Positions 26,750 to 39,434 of a DNA stretch of 64,000 nucleotides are shown in pieces. The DNA lies in the NCBI RefSeq assembly GCF_963921235.1, contig NC_086115.1, positions 51,708,001-51,772,000 of the forward strand. The letters run 5' to 3'. How positions within the stretch are numbered: the first letter of the stretch is position 1; the number at the start of each line of letters is the position of its first letter. The notes under the pieces were generated by a model. The model worked only from the letters and a program-made list of their open reading frames with translations. It did not search any database and had not been told where the DNA came from. The stretch is from Mobula hypostoma (taxonomy: Eukaryota). Both the position numbers and the translations under genes were made by a program.

Positions 26750-27320
26750 TCAGGAGGAGGCCCTCCGCTGATCAGAGTCAACCATGGATATTGCATCCTA
26801 ACAAGCCAGGGCAGTACAATATGGAGAACAAGCTTTTGCCCATGCAGCAGGCTCCCTCTCTTCACATCGCTAATGAATCCAAACAAACGGCAGAGTCCAA
26901 TACAGTTTGGCGGCAGCAGGAGTTGCCAGTCAACATTGAAGTCAACGTCAGACTGCCTTAGGGACTCCAGCTCCAGATTTTTCCTCAGGGTTTACTCCCG
27001 AACTCTTCCCCATGAGTGAGTACAGCCATGAGACAGCAGAGGCTTGAGATCAGAATTTTCCTTCTCCTGGAGGAACTGCCAACCACGGCTGATGAGCCCC
27101 ATTTGGCGAAGCGACTGGTCTTAAGGTGCCAATAACCCTTTGCCTTTGCCCCTTCTCCTGTCAGAAGCAACAGTTCCACTAGGCTTAGTAGTAAAACCCA
27201 CACATGACGGCAAGGAGCTGGACTTGGTTGTCAGAGGCTAACTGAGATGCACCCCATTGGGAGCATTTAATAAGCAGTGGGCGCTTATCCCCACTCCTCT
27301 CCATGGCTATGGCAACCTTT
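26750..27320 (-). mobile_element. RTE-derived non-autonomous repeat
   Basis: GC-richer block with RTE 5'-region-like motifs (ggagaaggggcaaaggc, ggagaaggaaaattctgatctcaag) and a 3' end tggttgactctgatcagcggagggcc similar to the RTE end at ~405-430. Confidence 0.5.
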
Positions 27321-29204
27321 GTGTATTGCTATATAGAATTACATAGGAGTATTAAGAACAGACAAACAGATGCAGGTCATTCAGCCAATTAGTCCATGGA
27401 TCAATGTATGCTTAAATTGAGTATCGGTTCCGCCATCCTTCATCATTTAATCCAATCTGCATAACTTTCCATGTCCTCTTTATGACACCTGTATGATTCA
27501 CCTCAATCCCTTCTGTTGTTGCAGGCTTCACCTACTCACAATTCTCTGAATAAAGATTCCTTCCAATCTGTTTATTTTATTTAATTATATGTGATTGCCT
27601 CTACTTATTCTTCTGCAGAAATATAAGCATTCTCGTTTTGTGCATTTCATCTAAATGTCCCATCATTTCGGAGAGCTCCTTTCATCCACACACCAGCCTT
27701 CTCTTTTCAGATGAATAAGTCTCACCTGCTTTGCAGCTGAGGCTGCTGGTTGATGGTATTCCAGTTGGGATTGGTAATTTGCAGTCTGCTGATCATGAGC
27801 AGGAGACAACAGCCATTTCACATGCAGTGCTTGAGCAGCAAGAAACATAAATCCCTCTGGAAATATGTTCCAACAACAGTGGGAGGAGGCAGCTTTCAAA
27901 GTCCATGAGAGGAGTCACGCCCCTAGGACAGGGATGCTATGGTATAATATCCTCATGTGTGGTCAGGGTCACTGAAAACATCACATCACATGCTAACTGC
28001 TCCCAAATGTACAGCTCCCACCTAGTAATAAACACTAAGATGCTCAGCTGACCTCCACTACACAAGAAGTATCTATGTATGATGGTCAATATTTAGCCAA
28101 CATTGCCTTGCCAAACTAGATCTCAAATATCCGAAAGGAGGAAGCATAAAGATATAAATTTAATTCATTTCAAGTTTAATTATCATTCAATCATGCATGA
28201 ATACTCATGAATACAGCCAAATGAAATGGCACTGCTAGAAGGTCAAGGTACAAAACAGTTCCAACAGTCACATACAGCACAAAAACGCACACAAGATAGC
28301 AAGCACAAGTGGTATCACGATCATGCAACAAAAGAGTCAAAAACTCATGGCATCAATCCACAGTTGACCTCAGTAGAGCTTGTCTCCTCCATCCTGAAGG
28401 CCATGCCACACCATCCCGATGCCCTCTCCCCAGGAGACACCACAACTTGAGGCCTAGTCCTCACACATACAAGACAACAAGACCATATAGAATATCCGTA
28501 AAAGCACAACCACACAAAATATACTTGTATATGGTCAGACACCTTACCACCCCACCATACCATTGAAAACTTCAGTTAACCACAATGCTCCTGGTGGAAA
28601 TGCATATATTAAGAGGAACATGCTTAAACTCTCCACTGTTCTAAGTTAGAAGTGGTTGTGAGCTGGTGGAAATGGAATGTAACGAGGAGAATTGGATGTG
28701 AACATACCTTTGTCTTCAATGTAATAGCCTCACTCTTCGGCCTCCAATATGGTCAGACCGCTGAGGTTTGGAGAAGAAATGGTGATCCACAGAAGTGTCA
28801 TCTCCCATCATTTTGTTATAGGCCACCTAGCCTTGCAAGAGAGAGAAAAGTGCATTAGTGAGTGACATGAAACTGTTTTCAAGTGATGCAACTACCTTGA
28901 TTCATCAGCTAGAGGATGTGGGATGTAGCATTTCATTTGATGCAGTGCCCAATGTGAGAGAGTGTGTAGAATATATGAGAGTTTGGTCCCAGATGTGTTT
29001 GATGAAGATTGTCAGTAGTTGGTGGTAGTTCATGGAATTTAAAGACACCATCATTGACAGCTGAGCTCATTGAACTCAAGTCTTGGTACTATCCCCAGGT
29101 TCAGTGACAGGGCTTCTTGCATTGACTTCAACAGTGATCTCCTCCTGCTTCTACTTCAGCAGGTCTTCTGACACCCTGCAGATACAGGATCTCCCTCTTC
29201 TACT

Positions 29205-29505
29205 CATATCATGAAGTCTAGGAACCAGAGAGCCTCAGAATATAAGGATATCCCTTTAGAACGAAATAAGGAGAGATTTATTTAACCGGGGGTGGTGAAT
29301 CTGTGGAATTCATTGCCAAAGATAGATGTGGAATCGAAGTCATTGGGTATACTTAAAGCGGAACTTGATTGGGTCTTGATTAATAAGGGTGTCAAAGGGG
29401 AGAAGGCAGAAGAATAGGGCTGAGAATGATAATCAATCAGCCATGATGGAATGGTGGAGCTGACTCAATGGGCCAAATGGTCTAATTCTGCTTCAATGTC
29501 TTATG
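29205..29505 (+). mobile_element. CR1 3' end
   Basis: gtggtgaatctgtggaattcattgcc; tail ctaattctgcttcaatgtcttatggt. Confidence 0.8.
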
Positions 29506-29786
29506 GTTTTATACCTAACAAGGTCTCTAGTGCTGTGCTGTGAAATCTGGGCATCTTTTCTCAAGCAGAGTCTGATATTTCTTCCAGCAACAGAAATTTC
29601 TGAAATGACTTCATTGTCAGTCTCAGTGCCAATGTCTATTTTTTACTCAGTGACTAACTGGTACAAACCACCTATCAGATCATTGTCATGGTGATGATCT
29701 GAAACTAGAAAAATGCAGTTAGTTTAGGCCTTTCACAAACATCATAGTAGTTATGTGGGAATATATATTTTAGTGTTTATGGGTCA

Positions 29787-30425
29787 TAAACACAAGAGAT
29801 TCTGCAGATACTGGAAATCATTCGAGAGAAACACATACAGAATGCTGGAGGAACTCGGCAGGTCAGGCAGCATCTATGGAGGAGAATAAACAGTTGATAT
29901 TTCAGGCCAAGACCCATCTTCAAGACTGGAAAGTAAGGGGAAGATGACAGAATAAATTGTGTCTATCCCGGATAATTGAGTTGACAGAAATTTCTGTGGG
30001 GGAGGACCAGCTAGTAGATGATAGGTGAAGCCAGGTGGGTGGGAAAGGTGAAGGACTCGAGAAAAAGAAATCTGATAGGAGAGCAGCGTGGATCATAGGA
30101 GAAAGGGAAGAAGGGGGAAACCCAGAAAGAGGTGATAGGCAGGTGATGAGTAGAGGTGAGAGCCCAGAGTGGGGAATAGAAGAAGAGGACAGAGGAGGAA
30201 AAAAGTTTACCGGAAGGAGAAATTGGTGTTCATGCCATCAGATTGGAGGTTACCCAGATGGAATATAAGGTTTTGCTCCTCCACCCTGAGCATGGCCTCA
30301 TCATAGCAAAAGTGGACACCATGGACTGACATGTTGGAATGGCAATGGGGATAAGAATTAAAATGTTTGGCCGCTGGGAAATTCCATTCTTGCAGTTGGA
30401 GCCAAGGTGCTTGACGTGGCTTCTG
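29787..30425 (-). mobile_element. PLE 3' fragment
   Basis: AKHFNSYPHCHSNMSVHGVHFCYDEAMLRVEEQNLIFHLGNLQSDGMN plus the terminal repeat. Confidence 0.85.
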
Positions 30426-31984
30426 CATTGTGTCAAATGGACGTGTGTAACAATCCCAGCGTTCTTTTTGCAACATTCTCTAATTTATCCCCACAGAACT
30501 ATTCTTAACATTTGTCTGTATTCTAAAATTCAAAATAGCCACTTTGGATTCATTTATAGTAAGCGGTGTCTATCCTGGATAATCGAGTTGGCATCATGAA
30601 CCAGTTAGTCTGAGCAGTTCCCAAGGGTGATCACAGGAAAGGGATTCTAACATGCAAAAAAAAAGAACTTACCTGTGTCCTAATAATAAACACATTTTGT
30701 TAAATCTTCATTGTTATTTACTTGGAATCGGCTGCTGTCACATTCTGAGGTCTTTGTTGTATATCTATGGCTAATGAAGATGCCTACAGAATAAATAGAT
30801 TCCCAGGTGAATCCAGCTGGTTGGCTTCATCCAGGACAAATAAAATAAAATGGAAATTACAGAATATGTGTTGATAAAATAAATTGTATTTATTTAGTAA
30901 AATAAATATAATCAATGCAAGAGAAAATATTGTGCCTGAATTGCCCAGCTATTTCTTGAGCCTTTGAAAGCCTGTTCAGCTCTGGGATTATTTGAATGAC
31001 AATATTACCACTCAAAGAGTACTGCTTTAAAACAAGTTGACTGTGTTGTTTATGGGAGTGCTAATTAGTAAATGGTCACATATGGTGCAATTCATTTAAC
31101 TAATAGCTGCCTTTGAGGTTTAACAAAATTGCCATTCTCCCCTCCTTTCAGGTCCCCACCTGGGATCCTGAATGGTTTGAAATACAGAGTAATTATTGGT
31201 AATCATCTCACATCATCAGTAACTGATTGTAAGGCTGTAATTAAATAATAAATGCTTCTGTGATTCATGCCCTTTATGTGGCAGTGCTCAGGGGACCAAC
31301 TTTGCATAACAAAATAGCTGATTCCCAGTCACTACCCTCCAGCAGAACTGTCTTGCAAGCAGTTTGTTATGCTGCCCACTTCTGCTTCAAAGTATAAAAT
31401 AAAATGCTCTTAAAATCCTTTCCCAGATACTATGTTGACCTAAGTACAGGACTCAAGTATGCTGAAATAAAGCTAGTTACAGCTTTCCAGCTGCCTACAT
31501 TAGTTTGTACAAGTGACTAATTTTCTGGGGTTACTAGCAGCAGGCTGCAACCCAAACCTTTCATTTAATCAAAATCTATATAGGTACCAGCAGAAGTCAC
31601 TGAAAATATATTAAATGAAGAGAATTGGATGACATTATTTTCCTTGTCTGAGACAACTGCATCTATACTCCAATTCACATGAAGGGAGTCAGCCTAAAAT
31701 ATTGACTGCTTCCCTCTTCAGATGCTGTATGATCTGCTGAGTTCCTCCAGCAACTTAGATTTTTTTTGTTGCAGCTGTATTCATCAAAGAATCCTGCAAT
31801 CTGAAATTCACCACCTTAATGTTGTGCTGAGCACAGATCAATACATTTTTAAATGGTAAAAACAGACAAAATACCCAGCAGTTTGCATCCGTGAGAAGAG
31901 AAACAAGAGTTAATGATCTAGGACAAAGACAAAGGGTTTTCCCACAGGTGGGCCTTGAGCTGCTGTTTTATTCTTTTTAATACA

Positions 31985-32155
31985 GATTTTTAATGAATTC
32001 TTATTTAAGGTAGAGGTTATTAGATTCTTGCTTAGTTAGGACATGAAGAGATACAGGGAGAAGGCAGGAAATTGGGGCTAGGAGAGAAAATGGTTCAGCC
32101 ATGATGTAATGGCCGAGAGATGACCTAATTCTGCTCCTATATCTTATGGTCTTAT
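31985..32155 (+). mobile_element. CR1 3' tail fragment
   Basis: atacagggagaaggcagga...ctaattctgctcctatatcttatggtcttat. Confidence 0.7.
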
Positions 32156-32949
32156 TTCCAGCATTTGCATTTTTTTTCTGATTTTCACATCTTTAATGAT
32201 TATGATAAATGACATTTATAACAGTTATTTCTTCTGCAATGTTTAATTGCAAAGCTATTTGTAGCTCAGACATAATGAAATTAAATGAACACTTCCAGAA
32301 AAAAAAAATTACTATGGCTTTGTTGTTGGTAACAGTTACTGGTCAGGGATTAGCAGACTGCCTCCAGTTAAAATCCATTGTCCTGGATTGATCCAATCAA
32401 GTGAAAGCCATATTCAAATCCTGAATACTTCCAGAGTAGTAAACTGGAACAGTCTGATAATATTACGTCACTGTCTAATCACAAATGATCTAAATGAATA
32501 AATGAATGTCCTGTCACACATTAGACACTGGTACACTGAATCTGGAGCATGCTCAGTGCCTGGAGTGTACTGGACCTCTAGAAATGTCTGTGCCCTCATT
32601 AACCTACACACCAGTTATGCAGCAGGGCTGCAGAGTCATAGAGCCTATAAAGGCTCCTATTCAAATACAAATGAGGATACATCCTTATAATACATTGAGT
32701 GTGACACAGCTGCAAACTATGTACCCCACACTCATGTGATATTATTTGTCTTAAAACCAACATTTCTTCTTTTAGAAACACTAGGGACTGCAGATGCTGA
32801 GAATCTGGAGTAACACACTGAAAACACTCAGCAGTTCAGGGAGCATATATAGAGGGAAATGAACAGTATTAATGAAGGGTCTCAGCCCAAAACATCTACT
32901 GGGCATTTCTTTTTCCATTGTTGTAAGATCATTGTTCTGTCTTTTTCCA

Positions 32950-33960
32950 CACTTGTCAATGGTGGTATGGTCAATATACGGTCCAGTCCATCACGAATAA
33001 AGTCCTTGAGCACATCTACATGAAGCGCAGACATCCCACCTTTCCCGAAAGTTCCGGGAATCTCCTGCATACTGATAGTGGCTCCCTGATGTCTGCAAAT
33101 TATATACAATATCCTGGAAATCGATATTTTAGAGAGTGAGAGAGAGAGAGAGAGAGAGTACCATGGCAGATTATTCCAAGAAGAGAAAATATAAAACGTA
33201 CTTCACCCCAGACTACACTAAAGTGTACCCCTGCCTAATAGGGGTCAAAAATAATGACAGTGTTGCTCACTGCATGGTTTGCAACAGTGACTTTTCTATT
33301 GCCCATGGTGGGTTAAGACTGTAAAAGACATGTTGAGGTGAGTTTAACAGGTGTCATTCGTTCAGTAGCATAGCTAACATTATTTAAGATAACTGCTAAG
33401 GACCTACTCTATTGCAGACATCCCACCTCTCCCAGAAATTGATGGTGCTACCTCCCTGAAATGAGTTTTTGCAGGGTGGGATGCCTGGAAGCATTGTTTC
33501 AAGAATGTAGCATCTATCATCTGCGACCCCCACCACACAGATCTTGCTTTCTCACCGGTGCCATCAGGAAAGAGGTAGAGGAGGCTCAGGATTCACACCA
33601 CAAGGTTCAAGAACAGTTATTACCCATCAAACATCAGGACCTTTAATCAAAGGAGATAACTTCACTCAACTTCACTTGCCCCATCATTGAAATGTTCCCA
33701 CAACCTATGGACTCACTTTCAAGAACTCTTCATCTCATGTTCTTAATACTTATTGGTTTACAGTATTTATTTATTATTATTTCTTTCTTTTTGTACTTGC
33801 ACCGTTTTTTTGTCTTATGTACATTGGTTGAATGCCCATATTGGCGTAATCTTTCATTGGCTCTGTTATGGTCATTGAATTTTCACATGAAAATGAATCT
33901 CAGGGTTGCATAAGGTGAGATATAGGTACTTTGATAATAAATTTACTTTGAACTTTGAAT
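32950..33960 (+). mobile_element. Rex1/Babar 3' fragment interrupted by a DNA transposon
   Basis: gagcacatctacatgaag / ...ccatcaggaaagaggtagaggag... and a (ACTTTGA)n tail. Confidence 0.8.
33028..33487 (+). mobile_element. hAT-like non-autonomous DNA transposon retaining an N-terminal zinc-finger fragment
   Basis: TIRs cagacatcccacc / ggtgggatgcctg; flanks gaagcg / gaagca; peptide MADYSKKRKYKTYF...AHCMVCNSDFSIAHGG. Confidence 0.7.
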
Positions 33961-35111
33961 TAAATTTTCAGAGACATGCATTGCCTGCAATTCTTGTCTG
34001 CTTCCTCAAGAGACCTTTTTAATACTGTGCTTGTATTAGGTTTCTTTATAACTCTTTCTCATCAGTACATTTTTCTGTACTGGCATTCTCTAGAAATGCT
34101 GGGTGCAGTCAATAGTTCTCTAAGGAGCTGATGGTAGTTGGCCACACACACACGACAAGGGCACAAACTTACCCTGGTATGGGACTTCTAGAGTGATAGA
34201 TTTTGCCTCATCCATCAGACTGCCCCATGACAGAGCTCCACATAGAACTCAACAATGGAGTTCAGTCTTACACATGAAGGTAAGTTATCTCCTTAAATTA
34301 TTTTACTTCAGTGTAATGTTCTTAATAATTTTAAGTGATTTTGCACTTAAATTATTTTAACCTTTGTTTTTATAGCCATTATTTTCTTATTAATTATATT
34401 ATAATATTTTCTAAGAATCTACAAATATTAAAAAACATAACTAATTTATAGTTTCAGCAGAGGACAATCTTGTCTTTTGTCAAGGCCTATCAGAAGTACT
34501 GGGGGTGGGGGGGGAGGTCAGTGGGATAGGGCCTTGTGTACATACCACTTGACGCTTTCTCACCACTAAGGCCCCTCCGTAGCTTCCTGCTGAAGCAAAG
34601 ACCCAGCAAAATTCCACCTGCACTTATAACTTGCAGGTGGCAAGCCAGATCCAGGAAGATTATTCCATTAACTGAGGGAACAAGGACCTGGGACAGTGTG
34701 AGGTTGCATACATCTAGTCATGTGATGTCACTTCACTTGTTAGGGCATATTCTGGAGCTAGGGTATATAGCAAATATCAATTTCACCAGCAACCAATCTT
34801 CAGACATGAATATGGATTGTAGATTGAATTTAAAATGCAGCTCTGAACTATAGTTTTCCTGGAGCTGTGGACTGGAGTTGATTGCAAACCAGACAATGCT
34901 AATTAACATTCATTTTGGGTGTCTGGAGTGTGGGTGCGAAGAAGGAGATGTGTGAAACCATATGTAATTCAAAGGAAGCATTGTAGCTGCATTGTAACTA
35001 GAATTGTCCTGCTGTTACCTTTGATTTTTAATATACAAAAATGTTGTTGTTGCTCGCTTCTATAGTTTGCATGATTTGTGTTTTTTTTTCTCTTTCTCTA
35101 TGCACTGGAGA

Positions 35112-35580
35112 TTGCTCACCACATTAGAATAAGGATGTGGAGGCTTCATACAGGGTGCAGGAGAGGTTCACCAGGATGTTGCCTGGATTGGAGTGTATTA
35201 GCTATAGGGAGAAGTTGGAGAAACTCCTTAGCTTTCTCTGAGGTCTAAGGAGTGACCTGATGATACTATATAAAATTATGACAGGCATAGATAGGGTAGA
35301 TAGAGTCTTTCTTCTGAGACAGAAATGCTGGAGAGCATAGGTTTCAGGTGAGAGGGGCAATGTTCAAAAGAGATGTATGAGGCTAGGTTTTTTTGAACGA
35401 AGATGGATAAGTGCCTGGAACATGTAGCCAGGGGAGATATGTACAACAGCAACATCTTAGAGGCAGTTACGTAGAACAGATATAATATGGACTATCTGCA
35501 GGTGGATAGGAGTAAATGAACTGGCATCATGGGCAGCGTAGAGGTGGTGGTCGAAAGGGCCAGTTCTTGTGCTCTACTGC
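35112..35580 (+). mobile_element. CR1 3' fragment, degenerate
   Basis: RVQERFTRMLPGLECISYREKLEKL. Confidence 0.8.
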
Positions 35581-36163
35581 ATAGCTTCAAGAAGCTCTGC
35601 GAAGCTAAGTGCAACCTGCATTTATTTAGAGCATCTGACCCCAGGGTGTATTTCTGTACCATAGGTCAACAGTCCATGTCAACACATCCAGAGTATTCAC
35701 CAGATGCCTGAGTAATGGTAATTATTTTTTTACATTTTCTATCACATCATGTTCTCCCAAGCTCAATGTAATAAATTTGATGACAATTTAAAAAAGAGAA
35801 GAATATTGGGACGTTATCTTCCTGTAAACATCAAATTGTTCACTTGAGACAGTGAGAGAGCAGGTAGCGCTGTTTCTTTCAGTTACTAAAATGTGGGCTA
35901 CTCCGGTAAAACAAATTTAAACCTAGTATCAGACCGCCCAGGAATAGGTGTAATTCTTAAAAGTAAGGTCTGGGATCAAATTAGACCAAAATTATGTTAA
36001 AATTTAACAAAAGATGGTTTATCTTTACATAGTGCTGATCTGGGTAGCAGGTTTATAAAATTGCCATTTATTTCATCTCTCACCACATACATGTATTGAA
36101 TTGAACTGAATTGACTTTATTACTTACATCCTTCACATACATGAGGAGTAAAAATCTTTACAT

Positions 36164-37973
36164 TGTGGCGACCCACTTTCTGACACCCACGAACCGGCTC
36201 ACTAAACAGCGCGCGCAAGCAAAAAGGGCGGGAACGGGAAGGCTTGAAAGCGGGCCGCGAAGTTTGAATAAACCTCTTTCATCGCAACTCCAACTCACCG
36301 ACTCCGTGTGGTTATTCTAGCGCTGTGTGTAGCACCTCGCTACAATTGGTGACCCCGACGGCCCAAACAATATTTGGACCAGAGATGACCGACGCTGCAT
36401 CTGTTCACGCAGTTTCGTTGGAACTGCCAAGCTTCTGGACGCTGCGACCCCATTTATGGTTCGAACAAGCAGAAGCACAATTCCACATTCGGCAGATAGC
36501 CTCGGAGTCCACTCGCTACTACTACGTGCTGAGCTCCCTCGACCAGGAGACTGCTGCACAAGTTGAGGAGTTTATACAGTCGCCCCCGGAGGACGGCAAA
36601 TACACAGCATTCAAAACCCTGCTCATAAGGACTTTCGGACTCTCACGGCGCGAACGAGCTGCCCGCTTAATGCACCTGGATGGTTTGGGAGACAGGCCGC
36701 CGTCAGCATTAATGAACGAAATGCTGGCCCTGGCTGAAGGACACAAACCCTGCCTCATGTTTGAGCAGGCGTTCCTAGAGCAACTGCCCGAGGACATATG
36801 CCTGCTGCTGTCCGACGCAGATTTCAGCAACCCCCGGGAGGTGGCGGCCCAAGCAGATGTGTTGTGGAATGCCAGGAAAGAGAGAGGGGCATCCGTCGCA
36901 CAGATCACCAAGCCGCGTACCCAACGACAGACTAGACCAGGCCCGGCAGCAGAGCCTACAAAACCCGGCGACGGGAGTGAGGAGCCCAACGAACAATGGT
37001 GTTTCTACCACCAGCGGTGGGGCACAGAGGCCCGCCGCTGCAGACCACCCTGCAAATTCCCGGGAAACGCCAAGGCCCAGCCGCTGCCGATCGCTACGGC
37101 GGCTGGCCATCAGGACAGCCTCCTGTACGTCTGGGACAAGCAGTCGGGACGCCGCTTTTTGGTCGACACCGGAGCGGAGATCAGCGTCTTACCTCCAACG
37201 AGTTACGACACCACACAACTGCCTACCACCCACAGTCGAACGGACTAGTGGAGCGCTTCCACCGTCACCTGAAATCGGCTCTCATGGCCCGCCAGGAGGG
37301 GCCTAACCGGGTGGACGAACTTCCCTGGGTCCTGCTCGGAATCCGCACGGCGCCCAAAGAGGATCTACACACCTCGTCGGCCGAGTTGGTGTACGGCGCG
37401 CCCCTGGTCGTCCCAGGAGAGTTCATACCAGCCCCAAGGGGGCAAGAGGAAGAACCCACAGCAGTCCGGGACAGATTATGGGAGATGCTCAGTAACCTGG
37501 CCCCCGTACCCACTTCACAGCACGGACATAGCCCGACCTGCGTACCCAAAGACCTGCAGAACTATAAGTTTCTTTTTGTACGACGGGGCGGACACCGGGC
37601 ACCGCTACAGCGGCCCTACGAGGGGCCGTTTAAGGTGATCAGCAACAACGGGTCCACGTTCGTGCTGGACATTGGGGGGAGAGAGGAGGTTTTCATGGTG
37701 GACCGACTCAAACCGGCCCATGTGGACTTGGCGCAACCGGTCCAGGCTCAGGCACCGCGGCGCAGGGGCAGACCTCCCAAACAGAGGCTGATCCAGACTG
37801 TGGACATTGGGGGAGGTATCGCCGGTTCTGGGGGGGGGGGGTTATGTGGCGACCCACTTTCTGACACCCACGAACCGGCTCACGAAACAGCGCGCGCAAA
37901 ACCTCTTTCATCGCAACTCCAACTCACCGACTCCGTGTGGTTATTCTAGCGCTGTGTATAGCACATCGCTACA
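36164..37973 (+). mobile_element. Internally deleted Gypsy LTR retrotransposon
   Basis: LTRs 36164-36344 and 37845-37973 (TG..CA); 4-bp TSD acat; PBS tggtgaccccgacg (36347-36360, tRNA-Trp-like); G-run PPT 37830-37841; gag, protease FLVDTGAE and integrase C-terminal half TTAYHPQSNGLVERFH...PYEGPFKV. Confidence 0.95.
36385..37248 (+). CDS. Gypsy Gag fused in frame to a truncated aspartic protease
   Basis: LPSFW..RPHLWFEQAEAQF, LGDRPPSALM, CFYHQRWG..ARRCRPPC, FLVDTGAEISVLP, with no internal stop. Confidence 0.75.
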   Translation: MTDAASVHAVSLELPSFWTLRPHLWFEQAEAQFHIRQIASESTRYYYVLSSLDQETAAQVEEFIQSPPEDGKYTAFKTLLIRTFGLSRRERAARLMHLDGLGDRPPSALMNEMLALAEGHKPCLMFEQAFLEQLPEDICLLLSDADFSNPREVAAQADVLWNARKERGASVAQITKPRTQRQTRPGPAAEPTKPGDGSEEPNEQWCFYHQRWGTEARRCRPPCKFPGNAKAQPLPIATAAGHQDSLLYVWDKQSGRRFLVDTGAEISVLPPTSYDTTQLPTTHSRTD

Positions 37974-39434
37974 ACATTATGTCACTGTCTAAATGTGCAA
38001 TGTGCAATTTATAGTAATTTATAATAAATGGTATGTACAATATAACATAGAAATACAGTTGTATCTGCTTGAACAAGAAATGTGGTGGAAATCGCATCAA
38101 TAAGCCGTACACTGTAAAGTTGGAACGGAGCTTGCAACATGGCCACCATACGCAACACCATCTTGGAAAATAAATATGAAGGTAAGGTACTGTTTAGCAT
38201 AGTTCTTCTAATTGCTCCTCATAATTTTAGAAAGTGGTTGAAATTATTTATTTTACACTAGTGATTATAAGTGGCTCAATGGTGGAATACAAAGATCTAT
38301 GCAAACAACCTGACATCACTGCAGCAGAATACAAATTCACTCATCTAAATAATCTTACGGTACTCCCAAAGATATGTGACAGCTTACTGGTGGTTCAAAA
38401 GCAAACAAATTTGATTAAAAACATTATTAATAATGCTTTTATTGAAGCAAATTGTGGTAAACTGTCACCATGAGCAAGCAAGCAAGGGGCGAGTGAGGGC
38501 AAAGCTAATTCAAGAGATGTGCCCTGCTGGTGTGCTGCAAAATCGACAAACTTAGAGTTGGAGCCTAAGGTTGGAGTGAACAATTTGGAGGGGAGAAGAT
38601 GTGATGAAGGATTTCCTGTGCCTGTCCAACTAACCCTGGTGCCAGGGTGGATTGCTCTAAGCGGCAAGCTAATTTGGAGAGGTCAAGAGCTGATTCTTTG
38701 GCAGCGAAATCCAGGTCCAAAACAAATCATTGGTTGATGTATTCTAGGCACAGAGCAACTTGCTGCGGTAAGGCCCAGATCCTAATGTGAGGGACAATCT
38801 AAACATTGGCCCAGATAGGCTGGATAGGTAAGGTGTTAAGAGTTGGGCGAGGTTGGATCATTCTGGATGCTGAGCCTATTTAGATAGGTTGAGAACAGCT
38901 CCTCTAACAGTGAAATTGAGGTCCAGAGCAATTCACTGCAGAGGGGCCCAGCTCCTAGTGCGAGGTTCAGACAATTTAAGCATTGTCTGGGGGCTCCGCT
39001 CTCCGCGACACTAAGGCTGTGAAACTGCTCCTGGCTGCTGTGCTTTGAAGTCAGAAAGAAACATTGACTCAGTCACAGAAAGCATGTATCTATCAGACCA
39101 CTGTGAAAACCCATCAGGGGTGGATATCTGCTGTCTGGACCTTCTGTGACTTCTGAAGCGGTCTAGCAAGGCCTTTAATTGTGTATCAACCACTGCGTAA
39201 AAACAGAAAATGGATGGACAATTACACATTGATCAAAGGACTGAATTTGGATGTGACATCAGAGCTGGATCAAAACCCTGAATTTCCTATCCAAAACCCA
39301 AAGGACTACAAGGAGTTGGTTCACCACCACCTTTTCAATGGCAGCCTCATGATAATAAATGCCAGCTTAGTATGTAAGACTTCCAAGAGGACCACAACCT
39401 TGTTATGGTTTGTACCTCAGTGATCCACAGAGCA

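Larger units (their letters stand above)
36095..38072 (-). mobile_element. Rex1-type 3' tail split by a Gypsy insertion
   Basis: 36095-36163 plus 37974-38072 together match the intact tail at 63523-63660. Confidence 0.8.

Noticed and set aside
27150-27235. Possible HDV-like ribozyme on the minus strand (ctcct..gcc gtcatgtgt gg..ctga caggag)
   Set aside because: P2-like pairing is visible but P1 and P3 could not be built from this copy; it needs a family consensus.
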